Virus record (IMG/VR): IMGVR_UViG_3300033416_000018
Span: 1 to 38,927 of that record
DNA length: 38,927 nt
Strand: one strand, 5' to 3'
Source: a virus
Taxonomy: Duplodnaviria > Caudoviricetes
Of the stretch, positions 24,623 through 34,012 are shown piece by piece. The position numbers and the translations under genes are program-made. Within the stretch, counting starts at the first letter, position 1, and every line of letters starts with the position of its first letter. The notes beneath the pieces were generated by a model that saw only the letters and a program-made list of their open reading frames with translations, was not told the origin of the DNA and did not search any database.

Positions 24623-26724
24623 TGCGCTGGCCCGGATTCTGCGGCCCGTCCTACCAGCCGCGCTCGATGAATGTCGATGCCGAGCGGTCGATCAACCTGT
24701 ACCCGGAGTTTGTCGAGAGCGGGACAGGGAAGGTCAAGACGTGGCTCGTGGGCACGCCGGGGCTCCAGGGGTTCGTGAACTTCACGGTCAACCTCGGCGG
24801 ACCTGTCAGAGCCTTGTGGAGTCAGAATGGCCGCGCGTTTGCGGTGATCGGGCAAGGGTTCTACGAGTTCTTCGCCGCGGGCTATGGCAAGCGGTGGGGG
24901 TCCATGACGAACGATGGACTCACCGCGACCATCTGTAGCAACGGGACGGCCGGGAACCAAGTCTTCATCACCTCAGCGGGCTACGGGTACATCTTCAACA
25001 CGAGCACGAACGACTTTACCCAGATCACGGATCCCGACTTCCCGAACCCGTGTACGCACGGGTTGTTCGTGGATGGGTACTTCGTGGCACTCCTGGGGCA
25101 GTCGAGGCAGTTTCGGATCTCGGATCTTGAGGATGGCTTGTCTTGGAATGGGTTGGACGTGGCCGAGATGTCCTGGTCCAGTGACAACCTGCGCGCCATT
25201 GCCTCAGCCCATCGTGAGATTTGGTGCTTTGGGGAACACACGACCGAGATTTGGTACGACTCGGGAGCCGCGAACTTCCCCTTTCAGCCTGTTGGCGGCG
25301 TCCTGATTGAGCACGGTATCCTCGCTCCGTACTCAGCGGTCAGTCTCGACAACAGTCTATTCTGGCTCGGGGCAGACCGAGACGGGCATGGGATCGTCTG
25401 GCGGTCGAATGGCTACACGCCCGTCCGCATTAGTACGCACGCCGTCGAATACTGGCTCGCGCAGCGTGGCAACCTGAACCAGACTGTCGCCTACGCCTAT
25501 CAGGACGAAGGCCACAGCTTCTACGTCCTCTGCATCCCCGATAGCCACACCCGCGACGACGAAACGACATGGGTCTACGACGTCGCCACGGGGTTCTGGC
25601 ATGAACGGGGCACATGGAATGAGGACACTGGCCGCTGGGAGCCCCACGAGGGCCGCTGTCACTGTTTCGCGTTCGGCAAGCACTTCGTCGGGAGCCGCAC
25701 CACGGGTCAGGTCTACGAGATGTCCTTGGACTTGTTTGATGAGGACGTCTCACTTCGGGACACGAACATCGAAACGCCCTCGCTATCGGCCGCGGTGGGG
25801 GAGATCGTGGTGCCCACGATCGGGCGGGCCTGTTGGTTTGGCTACTTCTACAGCGCGTCCGTCCGATACGGCTACAACACGGATGGCATTCCGCAGAACT
25901 GTCTCTACATCGAGGATGTAGCGTCTGTCGCCTGGGCCGTCTCCAACGGGTATCACTTCGTCGTCGGTACTGATGACGCGGCGGTCCTGGCGGCGTGTGC
26001 AGGGTACGAAGACTGGATCATCGCCCTGATGTGTACGGGCGGTTCGCCAGCGACGCTGGCGACGGCTGCCGCGGACATGGTGGCGGCGCGACCGTCATCC
26101 CTGGCTCATCGGCCGATCATTGGCATCTGCGATGGCTTCCTGCCCACGGGGGCAATAGCAAATGTGGACTGGCTGGCAATCGAGTGCTACACGCAATCCA
26201 CGGAATCCGCGGCGCAGTGCCAAGCCCGTATCGAAGCCTCACTCGCCTTGCTCGACGCGGGACAGGAAGTGTGCCTCATCGGGTTGAGTTACACGAGCAA
26301 TACCGACAACACGCAGGACGTGACGCAACTGGAGGCGTCTCAGGTCATCCCGGCGAACATCGCGGCGGCAGACTCCCGGGTCCAGATGATCCTGATGTTT
26401 TCTGATGGACGACCCACGGGGACACAGGACCACGAGGAATGGCGGCCGATCCACGAGGACATCTTCGCCGGCTTGACGCAACCGGCGCTTGAGTCGCGGA
26501 GCGCCAGTCGGTCGAGTTCGCGATCCGCGTCAGCGTCTGTCTCGCCAAGTCGGTCGGAGTCAACGAGTAGCAGCGCCTCGATCTCTCCAAGTGTCTCGGA
26601 GTCTATCAGTTCCAGTGCCTCGATCTCCCCGAGCGTGTCTGAGTCCGTTAGCGGAAGTGCCTCCATTTCGGAGTCCATCAGCGAGAGCCTGTCAGAGTCC
26701 TCCTCGCCGAGCGGAGGTGGATGA
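24622..26724 (+). CDS. Tail hub (P22 gp10-like) N-terminal part fused to an inserted alpha/beta domain and Ser-rich tail
   Basis: GF.GPSY..RS...D.ER.INLYPE, DGYF, FG..TTE.WY.SG...FPF, RISTHA.E, Y...GH.FY.L, TWVYD..T..WHER; gp10-like sequence stops near 25746. Confidence 0.85.
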   Translation: MRWPGFCGPSYQPRSMNVDAERSINLYPEFVESGTGKVKTWLVGTPGLQGFVNFTVNLGGPVRALWSQNGRAFAVIGQGFYEFFAAGYGKRWGSMTNDGLTATICSNGTAGNQVFITSAGYGYIFNTSTNDFTQITDPDFPNPCTHGLFVDGYFVALLGQSRQFRISDLEDGLSWNGLDVAEMSWSSDNLRAIASAHREIWCFGEHTTEIWYDSGAANFPFQPVGGVLIEHGILAPYSAVSLDNSLFWLGADRDGHGIVWRSNGYTPVRISTHAVEYWLAQRGNLNQTVAYAYQDEGHSFYVLCIPDSHTRDDETTWVYDVATGFWHERGTWNEDTGRWEPHEGRCHCFAFGKHFVGSRTTGQVYEMSLDLFDEDVSLRDTNIETPSLSAAVGEIVVPTIGRACWFGYFYSASVRYGYNTDGIPQNCLYIEDVASVAWAVSNGYHFVVGTDDAAVLAACAGYEDWIIALMCTGGSPATLATAAADMVAARPSSLAHRPIIGICDGFLPTGAIANVDWLAIECYTQSTESAAQCQARIEASLALLDAGQEVCLIGLSYTSNTDNTQDVTQLEASQVIPANIAAADSRVQMILMFSDGRPTGTQDHEEWRPIHEDIFAGLTQPALESRSASRSSSRSASASVSPSRSESTSSSASISPSVSESISSSASISPSVSESVSGSASISESISESLSESSSPSGGG
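26530..26712 (+). repeat. Degenerate 42-bp (14-aa) tandem repeat, about 4 copies
   Basis: SASVSPSRSESTSS/SASISPSVSESISS/SASISPSVSESVSG/SASISESISESLSE. Confidence 0.75.
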
Positions 26725-27812
26725 TGGCTTGGCCGTTGGGAGTAAGTGCTGGAAGTGTTCTAAATGGTTCAGGCGCCACTTCTATCTCGACAGGTATCAT
26801 CACGCCACCTGTTGATAATTCGTTTGTCCTGACTACTCTGTATTCTTGGTATCCCGTCACGCCTGCATACGGAGGAATCGCCCCGTCTGGATATACGTAT
26901 TCTGACTGGTACGACTCAACCAAAGGGCGTACTTTCTGGGCTAGGCAGACCGCTGCGACGTCGACAAATCCGACCTATGCTTTCGATGCTTTCAATGGCC
27001 CAATAACATGCGCGGTGGCATCGTTTGACATTCCTACGACATATATACCGCTACAGTCTGCACATGGCGAACATGCCGGAGAAACGACAACATCCGCGCT
27101 GTTCTTTGATCCCGCCACAGATGGGAGCCTAATCGTAGCCTGTGTCGGTATGTATGATGTGTTTCTTTCCATCACCGTCACTGGAGTCACCGATACCGCT
27201 GGCAATACATATTTTCCGGCTACCAATCTCTATCAATGTGGTTCTGGAGCATTCTACGGCCGGCATACGTATGCCGCTTCGATGCAGATGTGGTACGCCT
27301 ACAACATCACCGGAACCGAAGGACTCCAAAGCCTCAGAGTGACGGCTACGTTGTCGGGTATCCCCGAGGGTGGGCAAGGCATCGGAGTTGTGGAGATTGG
27401 TCTTCCCTATCCGATCTCTCCCTCATCTTCTTCTAGTCGTAGTGCCTCTCCATCCCCAGAAGTTCCAGAGGAGATCCGCACGATTCGCCGGATGCGGCAG
27501 TCACCCCATCTGAGCCACGAGCAGATGTCCGTCTTTCTGTCATCCTTCGAGCTGGATCTGGAGACTGGACGTGGCCTAACGACCGGACAGGGCGTGGATC
27601 CCCAGATCATGCTCCAGTACTCCGACGATGGCGGACACACCTGGAGCAACGAGGAATGGGTGTCTGCGGGCATCATGGGCGCCTATGCCTGGCGCGCACG
27701 CTGGCTCCGCGTTGGCCGCACCCGTGATCGTGTCTGGCGCGTGGTTATGTCAGACCCGGTGCCCTGGCGTCTGCTGAACGCCTACGTGCAGGCGATGGGA
27801 GGGACCTCCTGA
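26721..27812 (+). CDS. Low-GC beta-rich domain, Ser linker, then C-terminal part of gp10-like hub
   Basis: From 27471: R.R.SPH......ELD.ETG.GL..GQG.DPQ.ML..SDDGGHTWS.E.W...G..G.Y..R..W.R.G..RDRV.....SDPV; GGAGG RBS and ATGA overlap. Confidence 0.85.
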   Translation: MMAWPLGVSAGSVLNGSGATSISTGIITPPVDNSFVLTTLYSWYPVTPAYGGIAPSGYTYSDWYDSTKGRTFWARQTAATSTNPTYAFDAFNGPITCAVASFDIPTTYIPLQSAHGEHAGETTTSALFFDPATDGSLIVACVGMYDVFLSITVTGVTDTAGNTYFPATNLYQCGSGAFYGRHTYAASMQMWYAYNITGTEGLQSLRVTATLSGIPEGGQGIGVVEIGLPYPISPSSSSSRSASPSPEVPEEIRTIRRMRQSPHLSHEQMSVFLSSFELDLETGRGLTTGQGVDPQIMLQYSDDGGHTWSNEEWVSAGIMGAYAWRARWLRVGRTRDRVWRVVMSDPVPWRLLNAYVQAMGGTS

Positions 27813-29086
27813 TGGCCTACACGGGATGGTTCCCGTGCTTCTCGCCATCCGGGGATCACGTTATCACCGGGACGGGAGAACTGTGGTTCGACGGCACCCA
27901 ACAGATCGGCTCGGGATATACCGCTAGACAGGGGACAAACTCCTGCTGGTCGAGTGAGCATCAGGTCCTCTTTCTCGCCCCGAATACCCCTGGCACGGAT
28001 ACCGACTACCGCATGTGGACGTCGACCGTCGGCGGATCCACACAGAACCTTGGACTCAACGGTGGGTACTACGAGTTTGTCGTCGGACAGGGCGGCCGAT
28101 GGGCAGGTTGGGCACCAGGAACTATCTGGACAAGCTGGGGAGAGGTGCTGAGCCCCGGCTTCGGGCGTCCAGCCCTCACCGCTACCCGCTTCGCCTACAC
28201 CCTTGACTACTTCGCCGACACGCAGCGCCTTGTGCTGGACGGCACAACGATCGACTCTGGCGCCGGCATTATGAACGTGCAGATGACCTCGCAGGCCATT
28301 GCTTGGTCTCGACTCAGTGGCGCCCTTGGGCGTGACGTCTGGGGGATGCGGCTGGACATCGCTGATGCGCCCCACACCATCGCGGCCAGCAACGATGTGG
28401 AATTCATCTGTAGCCCTATCGACAGTCCCGCAGGACCGTGGGCGCTCTCCTATGACCAGGCACGGTTGATCTTGCGTCCGTTCGGCGAGACCTTCGGCTA
28501 CGTGGTTGCCACGGGCGAAACCATGTATCCCAGCGGTGTCTGGCATACCGCCAGTTCCACCTTCCGTATCGCCTGGAGTAGCTCGACCGGCGTCTATTCC
28601 GAGGCGTACGTGGATCCCGACGATGCCCGCGTGGATCTCGGCGGCACGCCGAGTACGGGGACTCCAGGCGAAACGCAACCCGGCAACCCGGGATCGGCCG
28701 AGGCGCTCGCTCGAAACACGAACTATCCCCCGCTTCGCCATCCGATACTTGAGCCGGCGACGGGTCTCGTGACGAAGCCGTGGGCCATGTGGTTCGAGGC
28801 ACAGACCACACTCAGCACGAACTTCTACAACTACATCGGGGATGGGACTCTCTTGGGCCGAGATACGACGGGGCCTGGGCCGGCAACCACGATTACGCCC
28901 GGTACGGGACTCACCCTGAACAATGGCACCTTGGCGGTCAACGTCCAGGCGTTCATTCAGTCGGGGACGCGAGCCAACCAACCCAATGCGTCTGCCGTGC
29001 CCATCGGCACGTTGTATGGCGTCAGCGACGAGTCGGTCATCGAGCGGTCCAACGGAACGACGTGGGACGCTTTCGGGACGACGTAA
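27812..29086 (+). CDS. Tail-associated protein with N-terminal beta-propeller-like domain
   Basis: TGATG overlap; Trp/Gly/Thr-rich beta repeats; internal PP.R.PI.EP.TGL...PW..WF motif; terminal ERSNGTTW. Confidence 0.65.
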   Translation: MAYTGWFPCFSPSGDHVITGTGELWFDGTQQIGSGYTARQGTNSCWSSEHQVLFLAPNTPGTDTDYRMWTSTVGGSTQNLGLNGGYYEFVVGQGGRWAGWAPGTIWTSWGEVLSPGFGRPALTATRFAYTLDYFADTQRLVLDGTTIDSGAGIMNVQMTSQAIAWSRLSGALGRDVWGMRLDIADAPHTIAASNDVEFICSPIDSPAGPWALSYDQARLILRPFGETFGYVVATGETMYPSGVWHTASSTFRIAWSSSTGVYSEAYVDPDDARVDLGGTPSTGTPGETQPGNPGSAEALARNTNYPPLRHPILEPATGLVTKPWAMWFEAQTTLSTNFYNYIGDGTLLGRDTTGPGPATTITPGTGLTLNNGTLAVNVQAFIQSGTRANQPNASAVPIGTLYGVSDESVIERSNGTTWDAFGTT

Positions 29087-29095
29087 GGAGACAGC

Positions 29096-29413
29096 ATGGA
29101 CATCATCTTCACCCGACAGCGATTGACGCGATACTACGCCATGAGCGTAGGGACCTCGATCGTGGGGTTCACGTCATCGGAACTGACCGACCGCTGGGGC
29201 AACCAGGTTGAGCGCGCGGTCGGCAAGGTGACGGGTGGCAGCGTCAACATGGGCATTCTCGGCATTATGAACCCGACAGCGGACGCGGGGTTTCCCATCG
29301 CGACGACGGATCTCATCGTGATCGAGGGACACGATAACATCCGCAATGTCACGTTCTATCAGGACAGTGGCGCCGCGGTCATCTATTGGATCCTTCAGAC
29401 CGACAAGGCGTAG
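29096..29413 (+). CDS. Small beta-rich virion-type protein
   Basis: AAGGAG RBS; PTA..GFP....D.I.I.G..NI motif. Confidence 0.6.
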   Translation: MDIIFTRQRLTRYYAMSVGTSIVGFTSSELTDRWGNQVERAVGKVTGGSVNMGILGIMNPTADAGFPIATTDLIVIEGHDNIRNVTFYQDSGAAVIYWILQTDKA

Positions 29414-29415
29414 CC

Positions 29416-30288
29416 ATGATTCCTGGGCGGACGTCCATCATCATTCCGGCGCGGCAGGAGCCCTATCTCCGCCCGACGGTGGAGGACTGCCTCCGCCAAG
29501 CTCGGGGTGACGTGGAAGTCGTCGTCGTGCTGGACGGATGGTGGCCCGAACCCACCTTGCCCGAGGATCCGCGAATTGCCGTTCTGCACTGGGGAACGGC
29601 TCAAGGGCTGCGGCAGTCGATCAACGCCGGCATGGCGATGGCGACCGGCGAGTACGTGATGAAACTCGACGCCCATTGCGCCGTCGGCGAAGGCTTCGAC
29701 GTGACCCTCAAGGCGTCGTGCGGGGAGCAGGACATCGTCGTGCCGGAGAAGTACTCCCTCATTCCCGAGACGTGGGAGCGGTGCAAACATCCGTGGCAGT
29801 ACTTCTACCTCTCGTGGCCGTGGGAGGAGAACGGGCTGACGTGGGGCCTGCACGAGAAGAACTACGGCCCGAGCGTCAACTATGCCAGACGACGGATCCC
29901 CGTCGACGACATCCTGACCTTCCAGGGGTCGGCATGGCTTCTCCGGCGCACCTACTGGGATCGCATCGGGCCGATGAACGTTGAGCGATACTACTTCGCC
30001 CACGAAGCCGTCGAACTCGGGATGCGGGCGTGGCTCGGTGGGGGCCGGTGTCGCATCGTCAAGGCGGCCTGGTATGCCCACTTGTACAAGGGCAAGGCGC
30101 ATCGGCGTGGGTTCAGCCGGCACAAGCAACGGTGGAACGCGGCCATCGCCGAGTCGACCATCTACTGGATGACCGACCAGTGGCCCGAGCGGGTCCATGA
30201 CTTCGCGTGGCTCGTTGACAAGTTTGGTCCCCTCCCGGGATGGCCGGAGAACTGGCAGGCCGAGTTCCTTGAGCGGAGGGCGGCATGA
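29416..30288 (+). CDS. Glycosyltransferase family 2
   Basis: SIIIPAR.E, VVVVLDG, G.R..IN.G..A.GEY.MKLDAHC (DxH), FQGS.W. Confidence 0.88.
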   Translation: MIPGRTSIIIPARQEPYLRPTVEDCLRQARGDVEVVVVLDGWWPEPTLPEDPRIAVLHWGTAQGLRQSINAGMAMATGEYVMKLDAHCAVGEGFDVTLKASCGEQDIVVPEKYSLIPETWERCKHPWQYFYLSWPWEENGLTWGLHEKNYGPSVNYARRRIPVDDILTFQGSAWLLRRTYWDRIGPMNVERYYFAHEAVELGMRAWLGGGRCRIVKAAWYAHLYKGKAHRRGFSRHKQRWNAAIAESTIYWMTDQWPERVHDFAWLVDKFGPLPGWPENWQAEFLERRAA

Positions 30289-30920
30289 CGCTCGTCGAGG
30301 CCCTCACGAAGCGGTACGGGACGCTCCCAACGGGACCGCCCTATCCCGTGGAGGTGCCTGGCGCCAGTCGTCTGCATCTCGCATCAGTCTTCTCGGATAT
30401 GGGGTTCACGAAAGGGGCGGAGATTGGCGTGTGGGCAGGGGAGTACTCAGAGTATCTCTGTCAGGGAATGCCTGGTCTGGACTTGACATGCGTCGACCCG
30501 TGGGTCGCCTATCAGGACTACTCGGACCATCGGAACCGCGCGCATATCGCGCAGACGCACGCGGAGGCGATGGCTCGGCTCGCACCGTATCGCTGTCGCA
30601 TCATCCGGGCGTTCAGCGTGGACGCCGCCCCGCAAGTGCCAGACGGGTCTCTGGACTTCTGCTATATCGACGCGAACCACGGCTTCGAGTATGTCGTGGC
30701 GGATCTCGCCGCGTGGTTGCCGAAAGTGCGGTCTGGCGGGGTCATCTGCGGGCATGACTACAAAATGATCGCGGCGCGTCCAGACCTTCAGGTCGTTGAA
30801 GCGGTAGACGGCTGGACGCGGGCCTATCGCGTGGCCCCGTGGTTCGTGCTCGGACGAACCAGAACAAGGCCCAGCGAAGTGCGGGACAAGCATCGGTCCT
30901 GGTTGTGGGAGAAGCCATGA
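30285..30920 (+). CDS. Class I SAM-dependent methyltransferase (Methyltransf_24-like)
   Basis: GAEIGVW.G, VDPW, SLDF.YIDANH..EYV..D...W.PKV..GG..CGHDY. Confidence 0.88.
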   Translation: MTLVEALTKRYGTLPTGPPYPVEVPGASRLHLASVFSDMGFTKGAEIGVWAGEYSEYLCQGMPGLDLTCVDPWVAYQDYSDHRNRAHIAQTHAEAMARLAPYRCRIIRAFSVDAAPQVPDGSLDFCYIDANHGFEYVVADLAAWLPKVRSGGVICGHDYKMIAARPDLQVVEAVDGWTRAYRVAPWFVLGRTRTRPSEVRDKHRSWLWEKP

Positions 30921-31699
30921 TCATCGACTGCTTCTCCTTCTTCAACGAACTGGACATCCTGGAGTTACGACTCCGAGAGCTTGATGGTGTCGTGTCCTAT
31001 TTCATCGCCGTGCAAGGCGAGGAGACCCATGCCGGCGACCTCAAGCCGATGTATCTGAATCTGGAAGATGACCGCTGGGCTCCGTGGAGAAGCCGACTAC
31101 GTTCCGTGACCGTGCCAAGGATTGAGACATCGGATCGGTGGATTCGCGAAAAGGCGATGCGCCACGTCAAGAAAAATGCGCTCGCGTTCTATCAGGATGA
31201 CGACGTGGTCATTCTGTCTTGCGTGGACGAGATCCCAGATGTGCGATTGCTTCCTGACCTCGTGCCAAGTCTGACGCTTGATGCCTGGGTTGGCTTCGAT
31301 CCGGCCTGCTATTACTACTATCTCAACCTCAGAACGCCGCGGTCACTTCCTGGCATTCAGTTCGCTCGTATCGACACCGTCCGAAAGTACGGGGCCGATG
31401 CTTTGGAGGCCCGATTCAGAACGCCTCCGATCGGCCCCATCAAGGGCGGCTGGCATTTCAGTTACATGGGAGGCGTGGAGGCAATTCGGACGAAGTTTGC
31501 ATCGTTCGCCCATGCCGAGTACGACACCGAGCATCACCGGAACGCGGAATGGCTAGAGTCACGCATCGCGCAGCGGCTCAACCCATTTGGGCGCAAAGAA
31601 GAACCCTTCAGCGTCGTGTCAATCAAGGAACTTCCCGAGGAAGTACAGCGACATCCTGAGCGTTATGCCCACATGCTGCTCGCCGAGGTGACGGTATGA
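30917..31699 (+). CDS. Glycosyltransferase family 17 (beta-1,4-GlcNAc transferase-like)
   Basis: IIDCF.FFNELD.LELRL.EL, TH.G..KP, DD....S.VDEIP, GGWHFSY.G....I..K..SF.H.E. Confidence 0.85.
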   Translation: MIIDCFSFFNELDILELRLRELDGVVSYFIAVQGEETHAGDLKPMYLNLEDDRWAPWRSRLRSVTVPRIETSDRWIREKAMRHVKKNALAFYQDDDVVILSCVDEIPDVRLLPDLVPSLTLDAWVGFDPACYYYYLNLRTPRSLPGIQFARIDTVRKYGADALEARFRTPPIGPIKGGWHFSYMGGVEAIRTKFASFAHAEYDTEHHRNAEWLESRIAQRLNPFGRKEEPFSVVSIKELPEEVQRHPERYAHMLLAEVTV

Positions 31700-32760
31700 G
31701 CTATACCGACTCTCGGCACAAGGTATTCGGGCACCTCGAAAGGATAGCCCTATGGCAGCACGGACAGAAGCCTGCCCCGGTAACGGTGGAATGGGACCTC
31801 TCCAATCGTTGTCCGCTGGGCTGTCCAGACTGCCATTTCGCGCATTTGCGGACGCGAGGCCCACTCACAACCGGCCCGTCGGTCCTGTACGAGCCGTGTG
31901 GAGACCTGGCCGATGAAGTAGTCGTTCGTCGGGGCCTTCTGGAGATGGCTACCGCAGGGGTACAAGGCGTGGTGTGGAGTGGTGGAGGCGAGCCACTAAC
32001 CCATCCGCACTGGTGGCAGATTGTGGACTACGCACATAGTCTTGGACTCCATCAGGGCATGTACACGTCTGGAGTAGTTCTGACGCCAGAATCCTCACTC
32101 TGGCTCGCCGAACGGTTGGCATGGGTAGTCATCTCACTTGACGCGATTGACGCCGACACCTACGCGACTGACAAGCAGTGCAGTCCAGGCATCTTCGATC
32201 TGGTCTGCCGGAACATCGAGAATCTCGCGTCTCTCGGCCAGATCGTGGTCAGCGTGTCCTTCCTCTTGCGCGAAGCCAACTGGCAACGTGCGCCAGAAAT
32301 GGCCGCGCTCGCTGAGCGCCTGAAGGCCACGTATACGACCTTCCGGCCGGCCATCGTAGTGGACCCAGAAGACCCCGCTACGTGCCTTGAAGATCGCCGC
32401 TGGATTACCAAAGCCGTGCCGATGTTACGTGACCTTGCCAAGAGTCCCGACGTGGAACTAGACGTAGCTCGCTTCGAGGCATATCAAGCCTGGACGGGCC
32501 GGGCATACGACGCCTGCTATGGCATTCGGTTCTCCACGGTTATCACCCCAGATGGACGAGTATGGGAGTGCTGTCAGCGTCGAGGAATGCGAGATTCCTG
32601 CATTGGAGATTTGCGAGTCACGTCGTTCCCGATGATCTGGGAAACACATCCTGGACTCCGTACCGACTTTTCATCCTGTCGGGTCATGTGCCGATTGCAC
32701 CTGATGAATGAAAGCCTCGCAATGGTCTACGCGGATCGGCCGCATGGAGCGTTCTTGTGA
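31696..32760 (+). CDS. Radical SAM/SPASM-domain protein
   Basis: CPLGCPDC, SGGGEP..HP, ISLDA, C......I.PDG.V..CC...IGDL SPASM/twitch motif. Confidence 0.9.
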   Translation: MSYTDSRHKVFGHLERIALWQHGQKPAPVTVEWDLSNRCPLGCPDCHFAHLRTRGPLTTGPSVLYEPCGDLADEVVVRRGLLEMATAGVQGVVWSGGGEPLTHPHWWQIVDYAHSLGLHQGMYTSGVVLTPESSLWLAERLAWVVISLDAIDADTYATDKQCSPGIFDLVCRNIENLASLGQIVVSVSFLLREANWQRAPEMAALAERLKATYTTFRPAIVVDPEDPATCLEDRRWITKAVPMLRDLAKSPDVELDVARFEAYQAWTGRAYDACYGIRFSTVITPDGRVWECCQRRGMRDSCIGDLRVTSFPMIWETHPGLRTDFSSCRVMCRLHLMNESLAMVYADRPHGAFL

Positions 32761-33356
32761 CTGATCTAGCCGCGACACTAGACCGCCTGGATACTCCGCC
32801 ACCGTGGCCGATCAAGGTCGACGCCGGCCGACAGGACCTCGCGGTCTATTTCGCAGAGAAGGGCTACACGACTGGGGTAGAAATCGGCACGCTTCGTGGC
32901 GAGTATGCGAAGACACTCTGCCGTGTCAATCCTCGCCTCCGACTCATTGCAGTGGATCCCTGGATTCCATACGAGGGATACCACGACCAACTCCAGAAAA
33001 CGATGCAGCGGCTCCCCGACATCTACGAGGAAGCGCAGGCCAGACTGGAGCCATATCACTGCACGCTCTGGAGAAAAACCTCAGCCGAAGCCGCGCCTGA
33101 TATTCCAGACGGCTCGCTTGATTTCGTTTTCATCGACGGCAATCATGCCTTTGACTACGTCATGCAGGACCTGACGCTCTGGATGCCGAAGGTCAAGCCT
33201 GGTGGCATCCTCTCAGGGCATGACTACCATCGGTTCACGCGACCGCCCTACCGACATATTCAGGTCATCGAGGCCGTCAACGCCTTCGTTGCACAGCATG
33301 AAATCGGGCCGTGGTGGATCTTCGAGGATGGCAGTTACGCCTGGAGGGTCCTCTGA
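32757..33356 (+). CDS. Class I SAM-dependent methyltransferase (second paralog)
   Basis: GVEIGT..G, VDPW, SLDFVFIDGNH, KVKPGG..SGHDY. Confidence 0.88.
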   Translation: MTDLAATLDRLDTPPPWPIKVDAGRQDLAVYFAEKGYTTGVEIGTLRGEYAKTLCRVNPRLRLIAVDPWIPYEGYHDQLQKTMQRLPDIYEEAQARLEPYHCTLWRKTSAEAAPDIPDGSLDFVFIDGNHAFDYVMQDLTLWMPKVKPGGILSGHDYHRFTRPPYRHIQVIEAVNAFVAQHEIGPWWIFEDGSYAWRVL

Positions 33357-34012
33357 TGCGCGTGTTCGTGCATACGGCAAACTTGGGCGGCTTCGATGCC
33401 GTGCGAACGCCAGTGAGACAGGTGGACGTGGAGATCACCTATCGGATCTTCACGGATACCGAGTTCCCGCCGAGGCCACGCGCCATGACCCGTCGCCTTC
33501 AGGCGCGGATTCCGAAGATGTTTGGCTGGGACTTGGAGCCTGGGTACGATGCGTACTTCTGGCATGATGCGTCCCTGCAACTCTCGAAGCCCGACAGCGT
33601 AGCCTGGTTTCTCGACCAGATGAACGGGCACGACATCGTCGTCTTCGCCCATCCGGTTCGCAAGAGCGCCAAGGAAGAAGCGGACTTTCTTAGAGTCAAA
33701 CTCGCCAAGGGTAGCAAGTACATCTGTTCCCGCTATGAAGGTGAGGACCTTGATGGTCAGATGAAGGCTATCAACCACGGATGGTTCTCGGACGACAAGC
33801 TCTATGCCAGCGGTGCATTCATCTATCGTCCGACGATTCGGATGCAGGCCGCGATGCGGTTGTGGTGGGAGCATACCAGTCGATTCCATTGCATCGACCA
33901 GTTAGCCTTTCCGTATGTCCTGGATGCCTGCCGTACAACGGTAAAGGTTCTGGACCAGGACATCTACCATGCCAGTCATCTGCTCTGGACGAGGCAGCAC
34001 CGTCATGGGTAG
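33356..34012 (+). CDS. DUF616/TOD1-MUCI70-type glycosyltransferase-like protein
   Basis: V.TA..GG.D, FTD, AR.PK, W.DAS, HP.R....EE, DQL.FPYV. Confidence 0.75.
   Translation: MRVFVHTANLGGFDAVRTPVRQVDVEITYRIFTDTEFPPRPRAMTRRLQARIPKMFGWDLEPGYDAYFWHDASLQLSKPDSVAWFLDQMNGHDIVVFAHPVRKSAKEEADFLRVKLAKGSKYICSRYEGEDLDGQMKAINHGWFSDDKLYASGAFIYRPTIRMQAAMRLWWEHTSRFHCIDQLAFPYVLDACRTTVKVLDQDIYHASHLLWTRQHRHG

Noticed and set aside
26724-27465. Diversity-generating retroelement target
   Set aside because: No reverse transcriptase and no template/variable repeat pair seen in the window
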